From: Octopus sinensis
Taxonomy: Eukaryota
Direction of reading: 5' to 3'
Assembly: GCF_006345805.1 (NCBI RefSeq)
Contig: NC_043000.1
Coordinates: 87,606,001 to 87,670,000, forward strand
Length of the DNA: 64,000 bases
How positions within the stretch are numbered: the stretch's first letter is position 1; every line of letters starts with the position of its first letter. The notes under the pieces were generated by a model that worked only from the letters and a program-made list of their open reading frames with translations, ran no database searches and was not told the DNA's origin. Of this stretch, positions 13,585-27,328 are shown piece after piece. The translations under genes were made by a program, and so were the position numbers.

Positions 13585-14310
13585 TGCTGAGGCACAAAAG
13601 GGATAGAGATGCAGGAAAAGCAGTAAAATATGACAACCGATGTAGGCTTTGTGGAGTTAACACCGAAGGTATCACCTACATCCTAAGCAGTTGGCCGAAA
13701 ATATCACGGTATTATCTGCCGATGCGACATGGTGTTGTAGCTAGGACATTCTATCAAGAATCCGTCGGAAGGATAACCCCGGAGACAAAGAAATAAGAAC
13801 CGGCAGTATGGTAGAAGCCATATCCACTCATAATAAAAAGGAGCACTGGTGGAATGGTCTTAGTGATTATCCCAATAAAATGTAAGCACAACAGACCTGA
13901 TATAATGATTTGGGATAGAGAAGAGAAGCTGTGTACAGTTGTGCTACTCTGAGGATGTTTACATAAAGCTGAAGATCAGTGAAAAGGATAATACCTATGC
14001 TGAACTACTGAGAAATCGGCAGTTATTCTATCCAGATTACAAGTTCAGGTTTATACATGTAATTATTGGGGCCCTAGGATATGTAATACACTGCCTAAAC
14101 ACCAATCTTGAGAAAGTAGGCTTCTCAAAACCAGAAAGAAGAAAGCTAATTCGAAGACTACAGATCCAGTCCATCACTGGAACTGTAAAAGACTGTAAAA
14201 CTTTCCAGAAGTTTATCATTTAAATATATATGAGCATGTCTAGATATGCAACTATATGGATGAGAATACATACATAAAGCAAAACATACAAATCTGCACA
14301 TATAAATACA
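13585..14310 (+). mobile_element. 5'-truncated R4/Dong-like non-LTR element (zinc knuckle plus REL endonuclease), frameshifted
   Basis: CRLCG...ITYILSSWPK...RHGVVAR (decayed CCHC), RPDIMIWD (PD motif), KISEKDNTYAELLR (KxxxY), IIGALG; flanked by TACA repeats. Confidence 0.8.
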
Positions 14311-14720
14311 TACTCTTTTACTCTTTTATTTGTTTCAGTCATTTGACTGTGGCTATGCTGGAGCACCGCCTTTAGTCGAGCAAATCGACCCCAGTACTTA
14401 TCCTAGTAAGCCTAGTACTTTATTCTATCGGGCTCTGTTGCTGGACCGCCAAGTCACGGGGACGCAAACACACCAGCATCGGTTGTCAAGCGATGTAGGG
14501 GGACAAACACAGACACACAAACATATACACACACATGCATATATATACATATATACGACGGGCTTCTTTCAGTTTCCGTCTGCCAAATCCACTCACAAGG
14601 CTTTGGTCGGCCCGAGGCTATAGTAGAAGACACTTTCCCAAGGTGCCACGGAGAGGGACCGAACCTGGAACCATGTCGTTGGAAAGCAAGCTACTTGTCA
14701 TACAGCCACTCCTGCGCCTA
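14311..14720 (-). mobile_element. tRNA-derived SINE, family A
   Basis: Full copy with A/B-box-like head and AAAAGAGT-repeat tail. Confidence 0.9.
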
Positions 14721-15649
14721 CATACATACATACATACATACAACATACATACATACATACATACATACCTACATACATGAATACATACATACATACATAC
14801 ATACATACATACATACATACATACATACATACATACATACACAGACACCCTGTTGTTGATGTTGAAATTCCAATGAAGGAGCCTTGAATCTAGGTTAGAA
14901 ACCGGCTCTTTCTCTATAGGCAAGAAATCTTGAAGTGAAACTAAACGAAGACATACATGTATGTATGTATGTATGTATGTATGTATGTATGTATGTATGT
15001 ACGTATGTATGTATGTATGTATGTGCGTTTATATATTAACGCATGTATGTATGCATGTATGTATTGGGTAAATTTTCTCTAAGATAGTTTTATGAAGATA
15101 GGTTTAGTAATTCCAGAGATATCTTTAAAAATATCAATATCCTTAGAATATTAATTTGATATTCTAATATCAATTAGAAAATTCACTTAAAATATTGATT
15201 TAAAACTATACTAGATTCATCGAAAGAGCATACACAATATAAATATTTAATCCTTAATTGCTTGCCGATTAATTTCAGATTCGTCCTGACTTTTGACGTG
15301 GTTTACAACGTCTGACAAATTATATTACTTTTAGTCTACAAAGCCAAGAAATATAGTCATAGAGAAAATCAATACCTATTGATTTCTAATATAGGCACAA
15401 GTCTTCACAATTTAGGCAAGAAAATAATTTAGTGCCAGAAACATAGCGATAACAGATTTGAAAACCCAGTTTTAGCGTTGTTAATATTGCTTTTTCTTAG
15501 TGCGGCGGGGTGGCAAAATCGTAAGCACGCCAGGAAAACTGCTTCGGAAGGAAATATTCTGTTTAATTGTATGACACGAATACACAAAAATGAACAAACC
15601 TTCCAGATATTAGATTACTTACACGAGAAATATAACTTCATTGAACATA

Positions 15650-16566
15650 TACTGATTCATCCAATAAATAATGCAGTTTTTTCAACTGCATGATCTAAAA
15701 GTCGGAGGGGAAATGGGATAAACTACCTGCATCAACTTGCCATAAAAGTAGGTAGTAATTTTACTTTGTCCTCATTCTTAGTGCAAGTTTTGAAGAATGC
15801 AGTTCGATTTTAACAATTATTTTTTCAAAGCTATAATGAAAGTGACAAAGGAGCATATTCGGCATATTTTGCTTTATGGGTTCAATAAAGGCAACAACGC
15901 AAAGGAAAGTGCAAGGAATATTAATGCAGTATATGGGGATCGGACAATAAGCGTAAGCCAGTGTCAACGGTGATTCCAGAAATTCCATGCCGGAAACTAC
16001 AACCTAGAAGACGAGCCACATCCTGGAAGATTTGTAGAGCTCGACGAGGACCTCCTAGTGGAACAAAACCCCATGGTAACTATTGAGGAATTAGCAGAGA
16101 AGCTTTGATTTGGTCATTCAACCAGTCATTTAAGTCAGTGCTACAAAAAAAAACGACCATCTTTGGTTTCAAGACGAAAGATGTACTTCCATCAGGATTA
16201 TGCTCGACCACATACAGCGAGGACGACATTCCAAAGGTTGGAGGAGTTTAAATGGGAAACGATGCCCCACCCACCATATTCGCCAGACATTGCCCCATCT
16301 GATTATCATTTATTCCGCAGTCAGCAAAATCATTTGGACGGAAAAAATATGAATTCTGTAGACGAGGCCAGAACAGTACTGGGGAAGTATTTTTCGTTAC
16401 AAGTGAATTTTGGAAGAGGGGGCTTTGCAAATCTACCAGATAGATGGAAGAGCATTGTAGAAAATGAAGAAGAGTATATTTTAGATTAAAAAAGAACTTT
16501 GTTTATCGTAATTATGAAGAATATAAGAAGTATAAAAAACCGCATTATTTATGGGATGACCCAATA
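15650..16566 (+). mobile_element. Internally deleted mariner transposon
   Basis: Degenerate TIRs TACTGATTCATCCAATAAATAATGC and GCATTATTTATGGGATGACCCAATA; HTH-region peptide; FHQDYARPH and HPPYSPDIAPSDY; stops and deletion. Confidence 0.88.
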
Positions 16567-17391
16567 TATAAAAGTAATTAGATATTAATTATATGCAGGC
16601 TCAGTGTTGTGAATTGTTTATATCTGAACTTTTAGAAATATGTAGATTAAATATTAATCGATGATACATAAATAGATGGACAGATCAAGATTGAAATAAC
16701 ATTTTAACACTTATATCAGCCATGTGTATAATTTAGAGAAAAAACGCTTCACATACAAAGTAAATAGAGAGAGAACGGGGAGAGCGAACGAGAAAGAATG
16801 AAGGAAGAGAGAGAAAGAGAGAGAGAGAGAGAGAAGACAAAAAAGAAGACAAAAAATAAATACTAAACTGGAAACTGAATTATGGAAAAATGAAGAAAAA
16901 CGCAGTAGCGATATGAAAGGCAAGAACGATTTACAGTGTAGTGACTTATGAATGGCGTCTGTGTTGCGTTTTATAGTCTGAAGGTAGATTATAGCAGCAT
17001 TAAAGAAAAGTATCGGTTTTTTTTTGTTTTCTAGAATATAGGAAAATGGAGGATACACAAGAAAGATTCGTAAAAATAACAACTATCTAAATTAAGATGA
17101 ATTTCGGTTAGAACACCACGATTAGAAATTTTGATAAAGTTTACTTCCTCAAATAATTGTATCTGTACTTCAAGGGTGATGGATTAGCAAAATAATCAGT
17201 TTTTGTAAAAAGTGTTCGGTTTTTTTTGCCATCTTTTTTCCGGCTCTTTACTTTCTGCGTCAAGTTTATAGTCAAGTTTATGTTTCATGCTTCCGGGGTC
17301 GATAAAATAAAGTGCCAGTCTAGTCATAAGGTTTAGTCATCAGGCTAGCCACAAGGTCGATGGTATCGACTTACTCTCAATGGTTGAATTG

Positions 17392-17600
17392 CGAACTGGC
17401 AGAAGAAATGCTTAGCGGCATTTCGTCCAACTTCGTGTTCTGAGTTCAGATTCCGCTGAGGTCGACTTTGCCATTCATCCTTTCGGAGCCAAAAAAATAA
17501 GTACCAGTTGAGCATTGGGATTGATGTAATCGACTTCCCCCTCCCTTTGCAATCGACTTGTCCCCTTGCTGGCCTTGTACCAAAATTTGAAACCAATTTT
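17392..17600 (+). mobile_element. tRNA-derived SINE, family B
   Basis: GAGTTCAGATTCC B-box; GTCGACTTTGCCATTCATCCTTTCGG...AAGTACCAG core (resembles a conserved metazoan SINE central domain). Confidence 0.8.
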
Positions 17601-18357
17601 ACATCTGCATTTATTGGGTTGGTAGAGGTGGTAGACTTAATCCGTTACCCGGTTCAACGCTACTACATGACATTTAGGTGCCTTAGTCGCCCATTGCAAA
17701 CATTCTTTATGCTTTTCTCGATCCCTCCCATATCAGTCTTGGGGGTCAATGAAAAAGATCATGGGCCTGAATCTTCATAATTCACAAAAGGATTTAATTG
17801 AGACCAACAAAAAGAGCGACAAATTATATTTGGTCAGTTGTGTAGTACTATGTTCTATGTCTGTAATTAACACACCACTCAACCCTCTCACTTACGAATA
17901 AGAACCGTTTAGTTAAAACATGATATCGTTACAAGGAGTGGGAAATTTATATCACTCAATATAAGAAATACATATATTTCATCATTTAAGATGATTCTCT
18001 CCGTCGACTTCCTGTTTTATCGTTTAGAGTCAGTGAAATTAATGTCACTCTGATTGTGTACTCGATTAAGTTGTCTAATTTCACCCAACAACCAAATATG
18101 AATATACTGACACTGTTAGAAACAAGTAGTTAGTGGATGACAATACTTAGTTTCATCTATCTTTGAATTTAGCCAGTGTAAACTTTGTTTCCAATTTTCC
18201 ATTTACGAAAAATAAAAACAAGAAAAATACTTCTGTCAGTAATAATCCTGGTGTCAATTTAGTTATCTTTAGCACTCTTCTACAAACATATTTATTTAGT
18301 TAAAAAGAGAAAATAAACTGTTACTACACACAAACACACACATGTAAGTGTACGTGT

Positions 18358-18419
<62 letters not shown>

Positions 18420-18422
<3 letters not shown>

Positions 18423-18580
18423 GGTATGACTGTAAGGTTAAGAACTTCGCTTCGCAAACCAATAAATTCAGATTTAGTTCAGCTGTGCAGCACTTTGGGT
18501 TAGTTTCTTTTATATTTCCGGACCTAGTAAAGTCTTGCGTGGGATTATGATAGACGGAAATTTGTAGGATTCTCATCGTT
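18420..18580 (+). mobile_element. SINE family A 5' fragment, decayed
   Basis: Diverged match to head of 18981 copy. Confidence 0.5.
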
Positions 18581-18980
18581 TATGTGTGTATATATATGAT
18601 TATATATAAAATACAGTGTACATTTAAACACATAGGGAATCCACTCGTGAGATTCATATGATTATATATATATATGTGTGTGTATGTGTATATATATCAT
18701 ACTTAAAGCAGATATATTGTGTGCATGCGCGAATGCTTGTCGCCGTTTGAGCAAAAGAGTGATAATGTCGACATTGTGACCAGTTATTGAGCTTTTGAGA
18801 AAATAATTCTTATGAAAAACAAATAATGCTTGGCAACCAGAAGAGCTTCTGGCCGTAAAATTCGGCCTCAAATAATTCTCCATCTAATCTCATGCTAGAA
18901 TGGAAAATCGGACGTTAAACGAATGAACGATATGTATGTGTGTATGTATATGTTTGTATGTATATATATATATATATATA

Positions 18981-19180
18981 AGCGTAGGAGTGGCTGTGTG
19001 GTAAGTAGCTTGCTTACGAACTACATGGTTTCGGGTTCAGTCCCACTGCGTGGTACCTTGGGCAAGTGTCTTCTACTATAGCCCCGACCCGACCAAAGCC
19101 TTGTGAGTTGAATTGGTAGACAGAAACTGAAAGTATCCCGTCGTATATATGTATATATATATATATTATATATATATATA

Positions 19181-19228
<48 letters not shown>

Positions 19229-19485
19229 TGTGTGTGTGGTGTGTGTGTGTGTGGTGTGTGTGTGTTGTGTGTGTGTGTGTGCGTGCGTGTGTGTGTGTGT
19301 GTGTTTGCGTCTGTGTTTGTCCCCCCAACTTGACAACAGATGCTGGCGTATTTACGTCTCCGTAACTTAGCGGTTCGATAGAATAAGTACTAGTCTTACA
19401 AAGAATAAGTCTTGGGATCGATTTGCTCGACTAAAGGCGGTGTTCCAGCATGGCCACAGTCAAATGACTGAAAAGAGTAAAGAGT
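18981..19485 (+). mobile_element. tRNA-derived SINE, family A
   Basis: GGAGTGGCTGTGTGG (A box), GGTTCAGTCCC (B box), central TA/TG tract, tail TGACTGAAAAGAGTAAAGAG. Confidence 0.92.
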
Positions 19486-19657
19486 ATATATATATATATT
19501 TTGTTTTTCAGTAAAAACAATTAAGATTCAAGTAAGTTCCAATGAATTCACATGAATGCGGTACTTAACTTTGATGCACTAGAAATCTATATGGTATTAA
19601 CCATAAAATAATGTGGGGTGATTATAAACAAGAAAAAAACAACAAGAATGGATTAGT

Positions 19658-19751
19658 TGTTCAGTACAATTGTTTCATACGAAGAACAGCTTTATTAAAA
19701 GCTGCAAATATTGCAGCAAATACAAGTGTCCCGTATTCATCAGCCAAAACA
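19658..19751 (-). ncRNA. Type I hammerhead ribozyme, branched stem II
   Basis: TGTTTTGG-CTGATGA-ATACG...CGTAT-GAAAC-AATT-GTA-CTGAACA. Confidence 0.75.
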
Positions 19752-20335
19752 CATATGAGTTTTCCAAACATCCTAGGGGGTGAGGCTAACTCATGAAGTA
19801 TCGAATCTGTATGTTGGTCGAAAGTAATGTTCTCTTTTATAAATCTCAGATTCCTGCAACTCTGACCTAGATTTTCTGTCACCACAGAAATAAACTATTA
19901 TTTGTAGGTTGTGTACTTACACCCCTTCCTCTCATTTGTCCCATAATGCCCTATTTGGGCGGTTTCTGCTTCACTAACTTCTTTTAGCCAATATAGTCAA
20001 TCTCTTCTTCCAACATAGTAGTTTTGTGAAATGAACAGAAGTGTGATCAGCATCTTCTCATATATCAGGAAATTACATCTACATTATTATGGATAAATTA
20101 ATCGTCTCTGAGTATGAAATATCTCCTCATATCTCCGGAAATTACACCTGCATTATTATGGATGGATTTACCTTTTCTGTGAAGCTAACAAACTTTTTTA
20201 AAAACCTTTTATAAAACTGTGCATCATTAGAGAACTTTTGAAGTCTGCTTACAATCCAACTTTGCTTTTTTAGAACTCTCTTCGATACTTCATGAGTGTA
20301 GCCTCATCCCCTAGGATGTTTGGAAAATTCATATG

Positions 20336-20436
20336 TGTTTTGGCTGATGAATACGGAATACGGGACACTTGTATTTGCTGCAATATTTGCAGCTTTTAAT
20401 AAAGCTGTTCTTCGTATGAAACAATTGTACTGAACA
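20336..20436 (+). ncRNA. Type I hammerhead ribozyme, branched stem II (second arm)
   Basis: CTGATGA at 20344, GAAAC at 20418, GTA at 20427; 7-nt GAATACG duplication. Confidence 0.75.
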
Positions 20437-20463
20437 ACTAATCCATTCTTGTTGCTTTTTTCT

Positions 20464-20506
<43 letters not shown>

Positions 20507-20551
20507 GAAAAAATTATTAAATAATTATTTACCAGTGGCTAGCATGCGTAA

Positions 20552-20608
20552 TAGTCAGAAGACATAGATATTTTAAAATATAATAGTGTATGAAACATAC
20601 GCGAACTA
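20552..20608 (+). ncRNA. Degenerate hammerhead motif
   Basis: TAGT-CAGAAGA-...-GAAAC-ATAC-GCG-AACTA; partial inverted copy at about 20800-20822. Confidence 0.35.
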
Positions 20609-21324
20609 AACCTTTCAGATGAGCTACAGATGATTAAATAGTCAATTAATTATCAGTTGATTTATTTGGTCAGTTATAGCGAAACTTATAAGAATAAGAT
20701 TTACTGTATCTTATTCACTCAAATCAACATGCTTTAATGTAAGAATATTCTTTCGTGGTTTTAGGCTTCGACTGCCATTTTTAGCATGGTGACCTTTCTC
20801 TTCGTGTATGTTTCATACACTGTTTTATATATATATATGTATATATATATACATACATACATACATACATACATGCATGCATGCATACATAAATACATAC
20901 ATACATACATAAATATATGTGTGTGTGTTTGTGTGTGTGTGTGAGTGTGTGGATAAGTGTGTGTTAGGATGTACCACATAAATGCAAGTTTTCGATATAA
21001 ATCATTTTAATTTATGAAAATAGATAGCGAGTGGGTTAATCCATTCGTGGATTACTTGAATAGATTTGATATTCATCAGGCTTCACTGTCCGGCTGGTGT
21101 TTATCTTGTAAGCATTTCTGTGCATTTCGATAACATGTTGACAAATTCCACTGCGCCTACCAAAAAAAAAAAGTCATCAATTTGGCATTTGGATAGAGCT
21201 GCATATGTGCAGTGATAGTCTCAGAAATTCCGCATTGAAGGTAAGAGCCTTCATAGTGAATCACTGAAGACACAAGCAACAGAGATCAGATATTTACATT
21301 TCACTCTACCAAAACATAGTGATG

Positions 21325-21540
21325 TCAAATTTTGGCACAAGGCCAGCAGTTTCGCTGGAGGCGGTGGTGGAGTAAGTTGATTGCATCAATCCCAGTGCAT
21401 AATTGGTACTTATTTTATCGATCTCGAAAGGATCAAAGGCAAAGTCGACCTCAGCGGAATTTTAACTCAGAACATGAAGACGGACGAAATGCCGCTAAGC
21501 ATTTTACCCAACGTACTAACGATTCTGCCAGCTCACCACC
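21325..21540 (-). mobile_element. SINE family B
   Basis: Reverse complement of the 17392 family. Confidence 0.85.
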
Positions 21541-21949
21541 ATAACCTATCAGAACATATTAAGAATGAATATACACGCTATTGTTTAACGTCCAGTTGTT
21601 CTACGTGGACCCCATGAACTATTATCTGTTTAGCAGACATCTGCGTGCATTAACAAATAATTTGTTGGTTGAGACCTATAAACAGGAGCTCATGCTCTTA
21701 TTATAATCATCGGTCGGGCAGCATAACTTCGACTGAAGAGGAACACAACGAAGTCGAAGCACTGTAGTATTTCGAAGTCTCCTTAAACGGGTAGATCGCG
21801 TGTGTTATGAGCACACATTGTCTAAAGGGATGTGTTCTCCGATGACGAAAATAAGAGAGATCGGCATATTCACCATTGAATCTGATAAAACATACAAAGA
21901 ATGAATACATATGTTATTAACTGAAATTTTGCTATTCCATGACTTTTCC

Positions 21950-22475
21950 CGCTTTTTATGTGTCATTGGAGGAGTGAAGGAGTTGATAAAAGAAAGCAAT
22001 TTCTGCTTGAACATCAAAAATTGTACCGTCTAGAGATATTCATTGCTGTTAATCCTCTGTAACAAAAAATGAATATTTTTTGTAACATATAATTACTTCC
22101 AATGAGAAATTGATGTTGTTCGACTATAATAAACGATCTGGATAACAGATGGATGCAGACAAATATCTAAAACATTTCTCAAAAGAACCGATGCATCCAA
22201 AAACGAAAAAAATCGCTCTAGTGAATTTACAGTAATTTGCAAAAAGCATTGTTATTGTTTATTTATTTATTTATTTGCCACAAGGAGATCAGATTATTCA
22301 GAATAACTCTGCTAAGAAAATCTGAAATCAAAACAGTAAAAATTCGTTAACAGAGATGGATAACTTTTCTTTTCGACAATGCTAGACCAAATGCTTCTCA
22401 ATTCACACTTCGAAAAATAACGGAAGTAGGTTATGAAAATTTGCCGCACCCAAATTTTTCATCTGACATTTTTCG
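21950..22475 (+). pseudogene. Highly decayed mariner transposase
   Basis: ITSNEK...KHFSKEPMHPK and LFDNARPNASQFTLRKITEVGYENLPHPNFSSDI match mariner ITGDEKW, HDNARPH and HPPYSPD regions. Confidence 0.65.
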
Positions 22476-24987
22476 AATCCACGAATCAGAAACCACTCCA
22501 TCAGAAAAAAAAAAAAAATAAATAAAATAAAATAAAAATAAAAACGTATTATGAAACATTTGAGCAGAAAACTATGAAATGCTAAGAATCTTTAAAGACA
22601 GGAATATCTAATTTAAAAGAATGAGACAAGAAGTACCGAAAACAAGAACGAAATTCATTAAAAAGAAAAGTGCAATCTCTACTAAGACCATATTTTCTTT
22701 CTTGTTTACCAACAAGTGCGTGCACACTATCTCATTTCCCCATACACACACACCTAAATACATTAATGAACGCTTGTCATCACAAACAGAAAAGAACAGA
22801 CACGTACACATTCACGTACACACTCACATACATACAATAACATGTCATGCATGGCAGCACTAAGCGACTTGAAATAAACAAAAGCTCAAAAACATGAGGT
22901 ATTCATACGAGAAGGTCGCAGATGTACAATGAAAATGTTCTTGAGATGAAAACTTAGTAAGAATAAAACATAAAGAAAACGTGAAGTATCAGTGCGTGCG
23001 TGCGTATTGTTTTCAATGTGGTAATATTTCAATGTGGTAATATTTCAAAGTTTCACAAACGTATCACTTTCAGAACACAGATCGCATGCATAAAAATGTA
23101 TGAAATATTTTGACATCCCGTTAGCAAAATATAATTGAACATAATGGAACATATTTTGAGTAAGAAAAGAATAAAGAGATACTCTCAGGCTATAAAAATA
23201 GACATTATAAAATGTATCAATTGCATTGGGTGTAAATCAGTTATACGTGAGAGGGAAAGGTGAAGGAGATATAACGACGGACTGGTAAAAGAGGAAAGAT
23301 AAGGGGGAAAGAAACATTAGATATGTGTAAGGGACGAGAATTCCCGAATGTAGTAGAATACAGAATTTCAGTGGAGAACAAGTGTTAAGGAGGAAAGGTG
23401 AAGGCGTAAAGAGGAGAATTCAAAGACTTAATTCGGTTAGGGCACAATGTGGAAAAGCTTTGTAATATAGATACCAGCAGGGAATAATTATAGCTGAGAA
23501 ACTATTAAGGTGAAGGCGTACAATCTCATTAATATCACGAGGGATTTACAACAGCATGAATCAGGTGGTCATCACCTTCCAATAAACAATATTCCAGAAT
23601 TGATTATGTACCAGGAAATGTCGTGGGGCATATCCTAAACTCTGAGGTAGTAGATGTGTGTTACTAGGTACGTAGATCGTTTTATGAGTTATTATTCGCC
23701 AAAGAACTAAGATGTGCAAAGAAATCGGTGCTTAGAGACAGTCGTAGATTTAATGGGGAGTGGGCGTGTGTTGTGGTAATTATGCATTTATACATTATAT
23801 TTCAGCGTATACAATGGCCACTAGAGAGAAATTAATATGTATTCTAAAGTTACACTTCTTATCTCGATCTACGCGCGGTCCACTCATTGTCACGTCTAAA
23901 TCGATATAGATAATACTATTATTATTCCTATGAAAAATACTATCAGTGCCACCGTTATCATTATTAGTTGATACTGAAGCTGCTAGAGTAGCTATCAATG
24001 TTATCGCTGTGTTAATTACTATGATCAAAGCAGTTGTGGCACAAGCCGCTACAACTATTACTATAATTCTTAGCATAATTATTAACGCTGCTTACCAGAT
24101 TATCCGTATTACTCTGGGTGAGAATTAGAAAAGTAATATTAGTCGGGATCAATTGACCGTGTTTTGTAACTTTGGCCTCGATAGATAACGTCAGTGTGAT
24201 GGCTGATTGATGCTTAATTATGATTATTTTTAATATAATCATTAATATTAGTGTTATGAGTATCTATATTAAATTTGTCATTCACAATTTTCTCACTAAG
24301 TGTGCACTTTCTCTTATTACTCTCATACTCGCTACGGTCAATATAAGTAAAATTACCAATAAGTATTGGTGTTGTTAATGTTATTAGTATACTTTATCTT
24401 CATTATATATGCATTTTCATTTTCTTTCTGTGACTGTTGTTGTTATTAAGCTAGTAGTATAGATGTTTACAGGTGTAGTAATGTTGCTATGAGGGGTCAA
24501 AGCCTAGTTTTGGGAATGTCGGTGGTTTTCTCCGAGAAGTAAGGAGGACTTGGTAAGGGAAATGTCCTCATTAGCAGAGAGATTTGAAATCCTAATGGAA
24601 GTATTTTTATGATACTATTTAAAATAGATAGAGGGTGAATGGATTTCACGTTAATATATCATAAAGATTCGTTAGGTTTACGTTAGTGGTAGAATATACC
24701 AGATTTTAAGTATAGAATGCCAAGTAGTTGGCTACTTTCTCTTTCTCTCTCACTCTCACCTTATCTTATGATACAAATAATTTAAATAACATCTTGTGCG
24801 TGTGTCTCCATTTTCCATTTCTCTGATGTTCTCCAGAAACGTCTTACTTCTCTTCAGAATTATCACTCATGCAAGTGTCGTTACTAATTTCTTAGGCGCT
24901 TATGTGACATTTGGCTACCCTGGTAACTATTTCTGTGAACCTTTCCTTACAAATTAAACATATATATATATACATACATATATATAT

Positions 24988-25053
24988 AATCCAAACAAGA
25001 AAGCACAAAAAAACACAACAACGCGAGGACGTGCAACAAATATAGTATTATTG
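24988..25053 (-). mobile_element. 3' tail of PLE pLTR module family B
   Basis: Reverse complement of 45897-45963. Confidence 0.75.
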
Positions 25054-27259
25054 TATATATATACATCACGTGACCGCACAGACAATCAGATACTGTTACA
25101 CATCGCTGGTCACAATGCGCGTTTGCATCGGTTTAGCTTTCGAATGATACCATCCCGCTGGGTAGGCGAGCAGGCAAACATTTTCCCCAATCGAAAGGGG
25201 AAATGGAGCAACATGAAATGAAGTATTTTGCTCAAAAACATGCTAAAGACCACCATGGAGGTAACTTGGGTCAACTTGACATCCGCATCTTATCCAAGCA
25301 CCCAAAAGACCCAACACCGACAAATACGAGAGTACGTCCTTATAAATGAAACCTCCCCAATACTAAATAGGAAATATACATAGTAGATACCATACCTTCA
25401 TACCCACAGTTTACACAGGTAGAGTAGAATAGTTAGTGGACTGTTAAGTAGATAAATGCATGTATGTGTGTGTGTATACACATTTTTGTATGTAAGCGTA
25501 TGGATATGAAAATAAATAGATCAACATACAGACGGATAGGTACATAGGTTACAAGAACAGACAAGCACACATACGCAAATGGAGACTGAAACACATGACC
25601 ATATATATATACACACTTTACTCGACACAGACACATATTGAGACACGAATCCACACATATAAAGTTGCACATCCATACATACAAACATGGTACATAGTTG
25701 CATAACACACACACACACACAGACATGCACACACAAGGAGACATGATCACACACACATACGTAGAAAATACACAAACACAGACATGCAAGCACATAATAC
25801 GCAGTATACATACATAGAGATGCACACACATACATACACATATACATATGCATACACACACATATATACATACATACACATGCAAACACACATATATACA
25901 TACGTACATGCATGTATAGGCACACACACACACACTGACCCACACACATGCGCACAAACAAACAAAAGGGAACGCAGTGTAAATAACGGACAGAGTCAAG
26001 AATGATGAAAAGGTTGCAAGACGCAACGAAAATTTTAGGAAAATATAAATAAGAAATAAGTGGAAATTTTACCGGTGAGTGTGTTAAATTATAAGGCACA
26101 AAAAGAAAATGACTCTCCCCAGAAACAACAGAATAAATTTAGTTACCTATATGATACGTTTAGCATATTTTTCCGTACGTATAAAACGTTATTTCTTTTT
26201 ATGTTATTTATTTATTGTAAATATAATTTAGTAGTATTAGTGTATAATTTACTATATTATTATATGTCATATTAATATATTTGAATAATTTTAAACCTAG
26301 ATATTTCCTAATACATAAATGATTATATATAATTTTATTAAGACCTATTAGTTATTATAATATAAATTAATTTAATATTATATGTATATTTTACGTAATA
26401 ATTATTTGGAAATTAATTTATTGTAAATAGTCATTTAGAGTTCTTTTGTTATTCTATTTTTCTTTTATTCATGGAGCTTAAATATTTTTCGTCATTTTCA
26501 TTAATAAATATTTTTCGTCATTTTCATTGATAATTTTATTCTATTTTTTTACACAACGTCTTCACGAGTTTAATTTCTTATAAACGCTAAGACCTACATT
26601 TTTTCGTTTAAAATTCAGTTATATTATTTTCATCGACAAGCTAAGTAACGTTTTTTATTTAACAATATTATTTAAATTTTGAATTGTATTAAGTTTGATT
26701 ATTATTATTATTATGATTATTATTGTTGTTTAAATATTAATTTATACATAATTTCTTGATAATTATTAGTTACGATATGTATATCTATTTATTTACTATG
26801 TCTTATGATTATTATTAACTTTATAATATGATTTAACGAATTACATATAATTTAATTTCAGAATTAGTTTTGTAAGACAATATATTATCTAATAGTTAGG
26901 TGGTATTTTTTATTACGTAGTATTACATTTAAGTAAATTAGTTTAATATTGATTGATATTTTGGCCAACTATATAATTGCGTAAAATATTAAATCTATAT
27001 ATACTATATATATTAATAATATAGTTAGTTTATCTAATTGGTGTGTATATAGTTAAACCATTTCCTATTATTAATTCTAATATTTATAGCTTGTACTAAC
27101 ATTATGCATATTACTTAACATTAAGAACTTTAATATAAATAACTTAATGAGTATAATATTTTATTTAGATGTTTGTTAAATAAATAAATTAATCAATAAT
27201 TAAATTTAATGTATATAGATTAAATTATAGTATTTAGTTTTCACTTAATGTATATTTTG

Positions 27260-27328
<69 letters not shown>

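Larger units (their letters stand above)
19628..20466. mobile_element. PLE-derived mini-element with about 180-bp inverted arms (19628-19806 and 20281-20466)
   Basis: Highly similar inverted repeat, each arm with a full HHR core; (TA)n follows. Confidence 0.8.

Noticed and set aside
18981-19055. tRNA-like sequences at SINE heads
   Set aside because: A/B boxes run into SINE bodies; no complete cloverleaf; not tRNA genes
23641-23680. CTGAGG-TAGTA...TACTA-GGTACGTA motif
   Set aside because: Stem II and ACGT present but both core blocks are broken; insufficient support
23795-24242. Hydrophobic ORFs resembling membrane proteins
   Set aside because: Derived from degenerate ATT/GTT/ACT trinucleotide low-complexity sequence
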